A stretch of 64,000 nucleotides of DNA from an uncultured Desulfosarcina sp. (GTDB lineage Bacteria > Desulfobacterota > Desulfobacteria > Desulfobacterales > Desulfosarcinaceae). Shown here in pieces: positions 63,057 through 64,000 of this stretch (position 1 is the first letter of the stretch; every line of letters starts with the position of its first letter). A program made the translations under genes and the position numbers. Where the stretch lies: NCBI GenBank assembly GCA_963674945.2, contig CAXXWQ010000001.1, positions 96,001 to 160,000 of the forward strand. Reading direction: 5' to 3'. A model generated the notes under the pieces. That model worked only from the letters and a program-made list of their open reading frames with translations, was not told where the DNA came from and did no database searches.

Positions 63057-64000
63057 ATGAGTTCCTGTTGCAGTGAAAAGAATGAGGATCATCATTCATC
63101 TGTTTGCCGTTGCAGCATGTCTTCAGACGAAGGACACCTGGACTCCGATTTTTCCATTTTCGTTGAAAAAAAAGGAGATCGGTCCTGCTGCACGGTCCAG
63201 GCAACGGAAACTTCCGCGCCCGTGGAGATACCGGGATATCGATTATGGAAATTCGTGGAAGAGTTTCTCGAGACACCGGTGGGAATGGTCCCCAAAGTCC
63301 GGACCCTTCTGACCTTCCAGGACCGATGGGGAACTGTTCGCGTGCGATCTGGTTTCGGACGGGACCGATACCGGATTGCTCCCGGGCTCTACGCGGTGGG
63401 AGCACCGGATGAAACGGCCCCGGTACTTGTTACGGCCAATTTCAAACTCTCCTTCGACCTGCTCCGTTCGCACCTGTCCGGTGTGAATATGTGGGTCCTC
63501 GTCGTGGATACCAAGGGAATCAATGTCTGGTGCGCTGCCGGCAAGGGGACATTTTCCTCGGAAGAGGTGGCCCGGCGCGTTACGGCGGCTCAACTGGATC
63601 GGGTCGTCACCCATCGACGTCTGATCCTTCCCCAGTTTGCCGCAACGGGCGTTGCCGCCCGAAAGGTAAAACGCCTGTGCGGGTTCGAGGTATGCTGGGG
63701 CCCCATCCATTGCCGGGACTTGAAACGATTTTTCGATGGCGGCATGAAAGCCACAAAGGCCATGCGGCAGGCCACTTTTTCCCTGGCGGAACGGGCGGTC
63801 CTGATACCGGTGGAGATCCGCCTCATGGCCAAGCCGACCCTGTACGTGTTGCCGGCGCTGTTTTTGCTGTCCGGCATCGGACCGGGGCTTTTCTCCTTAG
63901 GGACGGCCGTCTCCAGGGGTTCGGTGGCGTTTCTCGCCTATCTTTTCGCCGTGGTCGCCGGTACCGTGGCCACACCCATTTTCCTGCCTTGGCTGCCGGG
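63057..64000 (+). CDS. hgcA: Mercury methylation corrinoid protein HgcA (3' end beyond window)
   Basis: Open frame from ATG 63057: PGLYAVG.P, VLVTANFKLSFD, DTKGINVWCAAGKGTF (cap helix at 63522-63545), LILPQ, WGPI, then TM helices ending at LPWLP. Confidence 0.93.
   Translation, partial: MSSCCSEKNEDHHSSVCRCSMSSDEGHLDSDFSIFVEKKGDRSCCTVQATETSAPVEIPGYRLWKFVEEFLETPVGMVPKVRTLLTFQDRWGTVRVRSGFGRDRYRIAPGLYAVGAPDETAPVLVTANFKLSFDLLRSHLSGVNMWVLVVDTKGINVWCAAGKGTFSSEEVARRVTAAQLDRVVTHRRLILPQFAATGVAARKVKRLCGFEVCWGPIHCRDLKRFFDGGMKATKAMRQATFSLAERAVLIPVEIRLMAKPTLYVLPALFLLSGIGPGLFSLGTAVSRGSVAFLAYLFAVVAGTVATPIFLPWLP

Overview
A 64-kb bacterial chromosome segment. Gene content and protein style suggest a sulfate-reducing deltaproteobacterium, Desulfobacterales-like (inference). 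From left to right it contains: (1) a MalT/SARP-type regulator cut by the window start, an unannotated secreted mini-protein, an Lrp/AsnC remnant, YitT, an MBL hydrolase, an FGGY kinase, a kinase-less sensor and a FadL-type porin; (2) a ~12-kb envelope/lipid cluster (B12-radical SAM, double zinc-ribbon protein, large secreted GH57/38-like protein, second radical SAM, PHP-GT4 fusion, OlsF-like acyltransferase) whose promoter regions carry 11-bp-periodic CTAACA repeats resembling Pho boxes; (3) ihfB/HU and an rsgA remnant; (4) a sigma54-type promoter ahead of hsp20, CBM48 and glgP, running directly into a complete Na+-type N-ATPase operon (atpDCQRBEFAG); (5) two tandem molybdate-type ABC transporters with two DUF364 genes and an XRE-PBP regulator; (6) a decayed AT-richer island ending at tRNA-Asn, containing an IS1595 element with NrdR-box-like 16-mers, ihfA, khpA, exonuclease/IS3/AbiEii remnants and a primase-helicase-PLD fusion; (7) HMG-CoA lyase, an HD-GYP regulator, a cell-wall operon whose first gene is split by a 2.46-kb unclassified IS, PBP1A and a SPOR protein; (8) at the right edge, the mercury-methylation gene hgcA, which is absent from the ORF track. 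A palindromic ~125-145 bp MITE/REP-like element occurs twice with compensatory base changes. All calls come from motif recognition by eye; no database searches were run.
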